DNA of 64,000 bases from positions 21,328,001-21,392,000 of the forward strand of contig CM059440.1 in NCBI GenBank assembly GCA_030390025.1, read 5' to 3'. The DNA comes from Squalus acanthias (lineage: Eukaryota). The notes beneath the pieces were generated by a model that worked only from the letters and a program-made list of their open reading frames with translations, was not told the origin of the DNA and made no database searches. Of the stretch, positions 58,314-64,000 are shown piece by piece. The first letter of the stretch is position 1. The number at the start of each line of letters is the position of its first letter. A program made the position numbers and the translations under genes.

Positions 58314-59324
58314 AATCTTGCAGGACGACAACAGGTTCCTAATCTTCTTGTATAACGGCAGCTAGACTTTGCATAAGAGGAACACCTCATCCCAGCCTCC
58401 TGTGGGCTAACCAGAATGTTTCTTACGAGTGGAATAGATTTTTAATGTAGTGTTTGGCGCTGTGATTCTCATTGAGTGAGGTCATTGTTCAGGTTGAGCT
58501 AGTTAATAGGAAGATTATCCGTTTATTATTTTTCTGTATCCCCATGATTCCATGGAGCTGCTTGGGGTCTGGTCATGTGCCAAATGGCCATTATTCATGT
58601 GGAGATAATAGTGAGTCTTGGCAGGACCAAGCAGGAAAAGGGAATCACACCTGCAGCCCAATAGCCAGATGTGTGTCGTCCAGCAGACACTGGACGAATC
58701 AGAGCAGGAACGCTGTGTGCTTGTGTATCTCCCCATCACCCTTCAGCACACATCTGGCACTTGTTGAACTGGGCAGTGACTGAGACACCAGTCTGTGTTT
58801 GTGGTAGCCAGAAATCCTCTTCATAAGAAGTAATCTCACTCCAAGGGCTAGAGAATGGACGATTGACACGGGCAGCAGAGGCAGGTTTCCTGGGTAATGG
58901 GATGATGTGGCCCACAGTCCCTGTTTGCCAATACTGGGCCCTCTCCATTCATTGCACGAGATGAATCTGAGCTAATGCTGATGTCTCGCTATAAACCATG
59001 TAGTGTGGAGTTCAGTGGTGAGGTCAGGGGGTGGGGCAGAAGATGAGAAGTTTAAGTGGAACAAAAACTTCTACAAAGTCCAAGTGGCAGAAACTTTTAT
59101 ACAGCTAGTGATTTTCAGTCTCCAGGAGAACAGCTGGCTCCAGCTGTTCACTTCTTGGGTAACTCTGATCTCTTCCTGTTTTCAAACTTGTCTCGCTTTG
59201 AAATGTGGTAGAAACTAGTAAAATACTTGGTGTCTTTTCCTGCAGTGACCATGTGTTGAATTTTTAGGTATCCATCTGTTAAATAACACTTTAAACCTTG
59301 ATTTAAGCTAAGTTTAGGATCAGA

Positions 59325-60072
59325 CCTTTGGAGGGACTAACAAGGCAAGGGAATACACAATGAATGGTAAGACCCTAGGCAAGACGGAGGGTCAGAGGGA
59401 TCTTGGTGTGCAAGTACACAGATCCCTGAAGGCGGCGGAACAGGTGGATAAGGTGGTAAAAAAGGCATATGGGATACTTGCATTCATTAGCCGAGGCATA
59501 GAATATAAGAGCAAGGAGGTTATGATGGAGCTGTATAAAACACTGGTTAGACCACATCTGGAATACTGTGCAGTTCTGGTCGCCACACTACAGGAAGGAT
59601 GTGATCGCTTTGGAGAGGGTGCAGAGGAGATTCACCAGAATGTTACCCGGGCTGGAGTGCTTCAGCTATGAAGAGAGACTGGGCAGATTGGGTTTGTTTT
59701 CCTTGGAGCAGAGGAGGCTGAGGGGGGACATGATTGAGGTGTACAAAATTATGAGGGGCATAGATAGGATGGATACTAAGGAGCTTTTTCCCTTAGTAGA
59801 GGGGTCTATAACAAGGGGGCATAGATTCAAGGTAAAGGGCGGGAGGTTTAGAAGGGATTTGAGAAAGAACTCACTGCCTGAAAGGGTTGTGGAGGCAGGA
59901 ACCCTCACAACATTCAAGAAGCATTTGGATGAGCACTTGAAATGCCATAGCATACAAGGCTACGGACCAAATGCTGGAATATGGGATTAGATTAGACAGG
60001 GCTTGATGGCCGGCGCTGACACGATGGGCCGAAGGGCCTCTATCGGTGCTGTATAACTCTCTGACTCTATGA
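59325..60072 (+). mobile_element. CR1 3' portion
   Basis: LVRPHLEYC and LEQRRLRGD peptides with a (GACTCTAT)-like tail. Confidence 0.88.
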
Positions 60073-60454
60073 CCTTAGCAGCAGTTAGTGCTAAGATTGA
60101 TCTGTCTCAACTTAGCTGTTAATTAATGTTGTGGCAAAGTAACTTGTAGCTGGGAGCTGAGACGTGGTAAAGATCTGTAGTGACAGTATAAGATCTGTCC
60201 AAGGGTCAGCATAAGTATGACCGCAAAGTTCAGTAATGTTCCTCTATCTAAATTTTATCCACGTGCTGGGACAATGAGAACAATCGGAGCAGCTCCTGGG
60301 CACGTGGACAGCTCGGGCTTGGGGAATTGCAGAACCTGGTTTCCCGGAGCCTGTGCTGTGGATCAGAGGAAGTTGTGGTACAAGTGGCTGGAGGCGGAAG
60401 AAGCTTGTTTTCTGGCTAATGTGGAGTGATTGAACATTCAGGGCACCTATAAAG

Positions 60455-60900
60455 TGTCAGCTTGGCTCAATGGCGGCACTCCCCTCTGAAGCATGAGCTT
60501 GCAGGTTCAAATCTGCAGGATTTGGGCACATAATCCAGGTGGACACTGCGGGACTAGGAGTGCTGCTGAGTGTGTCGTCTTTCAGATGAGATATTAAATT
60601 GAGGCCCCCCTCTCACCCCTATACAGGTGGATGTAAAAGATCCCATGACACTATTCGAAGAGCAGCAGGGGAGTTCTCCCGGGTGTCCTGGCCAATATTT
60701 ATCTCTCAACCAATGTCGCTAAAACAGATTATCTGGTCATTTATCTCATTACTGATTGTGGGAATGCTGTGCGCAAATTGGCTGCCGCGTTTCCCTAAGT
60801 TCCAACAGTGACTACGCTTCAAAAGTAAATCGGTGATTGTAAAGTGCTTTGGGAAGTCCTGAAGTTGTGAAAGGCGCTATATAAAGGCAAGTTCTTTCTT
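60455..60900 (+). mobile_element. Deu-type SINE
   Basis: TGGCTCAA..GGTTCAAAT head with the shared body and tail. Confidence 0.7.
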
Positions 60901-62474
60901 TATCATGCTGGGGACTGTAATGAGCAAGATGCCAAGGATTCATTGGCAGGGAGCCCAAGCACCAGGAATTAGCAAGTTGTCTCGGAGCAGGTTTCTGCTT
61001 GTATGAAGCATGAACTGGGGTTTGATTTTGAGCGGAAATCTGGCAATGCCCCCATGGGATTACTGGTCTCATAGCATTTAGTGACTACGGTAAGTAACTT
61101 TAGTTGGGCGGATGGGGGTTTACCGTGAGGGGTCGTGCTGCCCCATGGATTCCTTTTGACATCTGATACATTTTCTGCATCATTAACAAGCTCAAGTTTT
61201 AAATTTCCATACTGCGGTTGAACAGACATGGGATGGGGGAGGTGCAGAGGATAGAATGTGCAGGATCACTGTGTGAAAGGTCAGCCTCCACCGGCTCTTT
61301 TAGAAACACCAACTACAAATAATTCTCAAATGCCTTTCTGCAGTCTTTGACATTTAGTAGAATATTCATACGCTACCTCATAACATCTTAATGGGTCAAG
61401 GTCAAGCTCCTGTACGAACATATACAAAAATAACGGAAAGGAAAACACCTACTTTACTGGTCCATCCAGCCTGTCCCACCCAGTCGTGATCCCTCACGCA
61501 GATATTTCCCCACCCACCCAGAGCCGCCTCATACAGATTTTGTATTATGTTAACTATCTGCTGAAACAAGGCACCAGCAGTTTAACAAGCATTCACTTCC
61601 ACAGTGCAACTTGTTTCAGGGGCACCTTGAAGAAGGTATGGCTCCTGTATTTCCATTTTGCATTGGCTCACAGTAACACTCAGTTCTGTTATCCTATGAA
61701 TATATGAAAAAGGGCAAGTAAAGACTGGCTGATCCATCAAGTCTGCCCTATCCTGACTGGTTCAACGTCTGCCCACCATCACCTGCCACCCACACAATCT
61801 CCTGGGAGAGGCAAAAAAACAGAAATAAACTTAGGTCAATTTCGGAAAAACTCCAGATCATCAGTGATGGTGACACAGCCCCCAGTAAACCACCTATTGT
61901 CTATATAAAGATATCTCGGCCACTCTCAGCTCATCCAGCTCCCATCTGAGTGCCGCAGTCACTCCCTGAGATGGCAATTTGCTCTAGAGGTCAATCACCT
62001 CAGATCTAACCTAGTTCTATGTTTACGTAACTTGTACTTTTGTCCCCATGTCCTCCCCGGCCTATCGAGCTCGAATAGCCTGCCCACTTGGATCCAGTCT
62101 AATCCTTTCATTACTTCTAAGATCTAAAATCCAATCTCCTTGAAGCTTTTCTAAAATACAACAGTCTATCCTGGTAACTGAGGGCCTTTAAACTAGGAAT
62201 CGATCTAGTGGCCTGCTCGGCTCCTTTCCCAGGGCCTGTACACCACCCACCGTGTGAGGGGGTCAAAACTGGACACAGTATGCTGGACGTGCCCTGACCA
62301 AGGCCTCAGACAGGAGGTTGTTCCTTGTTTATATTTAATTGTTTTGACAATACATCCTGATGCCCTTGCAGCACAGCTCATGGACTTTCAGTAACTCGTA
62401 CACAATAACCCCCAAATCCTTCTCCCACTCGGCAGCCTTGAGCATCCACACTGCATGATGTACATACGCTCAGA

Positions 62475-64000
62475 AATAAATGGGTTTGATTTAACCGCCA
62501 TTACCGAGACGTGGTTGCAGAGTGACCAAAGTTGGAAACTAAATATTCCAGGATACTTTTAGAAGAGACAGGCAGAATGGAAAAGGAGGAGGGATAGCCC
62601 TGATGATAAAGGAGGGAATAAAGACAGTAGAGAGAAAGGATCAGTTTGAACGGAGCTAAGAAACAACAAGGGGCAGAAAACACGAGTGGGAGTAGTCTAC
62701 AGGCCCCCTAACAGTGGTTGTAGTGTCAGGCAGAGTATAAATCAGGATATTAGACATGTATGTAACAAGGGTAATACAGTAATCATGAGGGACTTTAACT
62801 TTCATATCGACTGGGCAAACCAAATTTGCAGAAATAGTGCAGAGGAAGAGTTCATGGAATGCATTCAAGATAGTTTTCTAGATCAGTATGTCAAGGAACC
62901 TACGAGGGAATTGGCTATTTTTGATCTAGTACTGTGCAATGAGACAGGGTTAATTAATAACCTTGTAGCAAAGGAGCCTCTGGGGAGCAGTGGTCATAAT
63001 ATGATAGAATTTTAGGTTGGGTTTGAGTGTGATTTAGTTAAGTCCGAGACTAGGGTCCTAAACCTCAACAAAGCAAATTACGTAGGTATGAGAGGCAAGT
63101 TGTGGAGTACCACAAGGATCAGTGCTTGGGCCTCAGCTACTCACAACTATTTCAATGATTTGGATGAGAGGACCAAATGTAATATATCCAAGTTTGCTGA
63201 TGATCCAAAGCTCGGTGGGAATGCAAGTTGTGAGGAGGATGCAAAGAGGCTTCAAAGGGATATAGACAAGCTAAGTGAGTGGGCAAGAACATGGCAGATG
63301 TGGAGACATGTGAAGTTATCCACTTTGGTAAGAAAAATAGAAAAGCAGTGTATTTTTTAAATGGTGAGAGATTGGGAAATGTTGGTGTTCAGAGGGACCT
63401 GGGAGTCAGTGTACACAACTCACTGAAAGTTAACATGCAGGTGCAGCAAGCAATTAGGAAAGCAACTGGTTTGTTGGCCTTTATTTCAAGAGGATTTGAG
63501 TATAAGAGTAAAGACGTTTTACTGCAATTATATGGGACCCTGGTGAGACCACACCTGGAGTATTGTGTACAGTTTTTGTCTACTTACCTAAGGAAAGATA
63601 TACTTGCCATAGAGGGAGTGAAACGAAGGTTCACTAGACTGATTCCTGGGATGGGGGGTACTGTCCTATGAGTAGACTAGGCCTATATTCCCTAGAGTTT
63701 AGAAGAATGAGAGGTGATCTCATTGAAACATACAAAATTCTTACAGGGTAGGTGCAGGGAGGATGTTTCCCCTGGCTGGGGAGTCTAGACCAGGGGTCAC
63801 AGTCTCAGAATAAGGGGTTGGCCATTTAGGACTGAGATGAGGAGAAATTTCTTCACTGAGGGTGGTGAATCTTTAGAATTCTCTACCTCAGAGGGCTGTG
63901 GCGGCTCAGTAGTTGAGTATATTCAAGACAGAGATCGATAGATTTTTGAGTATTAAGGGAGTCAAGGGATATGTGGATAGTGCAGGAAAGTGGAGTTGAG
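62475..64000 (+). mobile_element. CR1 LINE (endonuclease part joined to RT part by a large internal deletion near 63100), runs off the window
   Basis: AITETWL, GVVYRPP and DFNF, then FADDPKL and LVRPHLEYC. Confidence 0.9.

Noticed and set aside
58311-58380. Possible stop-codon readthrough or selenocysteine at the MTHFR TGA
   Set aside because: The context TGA-AATC is not a readthrough motif, the protein length already matches orthologs, and no SECIS was recognised.

Overview
Vertebrate genomic DNA, most likely from a cartilaginous fish (inferred from the CR1/L2 LINE, Deu-type SINE and Penelope-type repeat content). The window holds the conserved head-to-head gene pair CLCN6 and MTHFR around a shared CpG-island promoter (~41.6-42.2 kb). 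CLCN6 is on the minus strand with 23 coding exons (41918->1448, 863 aa). MTHFR is on the plus strand with 11 coding exons (49451->58313, 654 aa). All 34 coding exons were placed by hand with GT-AG boundaries and consistent phases. CLCN6 intron 5 is a U12-type (minor spliceosome) intron. Introns are full of decayed LINEs, SINEs and GC-rich minisatellites, which explain nearly all long ORFs in the ORF track. The most unusual signal is a set of short (135-220 bp) insertions from two unrelated families, each carrying a minimal type-I hammerhead ribozyme motif of the Penelope-like-element kind. Three are flanked by 12-14 bp target-site duplications, and two are near-perfect 86 and 94 bp-arm palindromes inside MTHFR introns. 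MTHFR has Ser at the human A222V (C677T) position plus other changes at conserved sites. A perfect CArG box lies in CLCN6 intron 22. Homology comparisons are from memory of the human proteins, and repeat boundaries are approximate.
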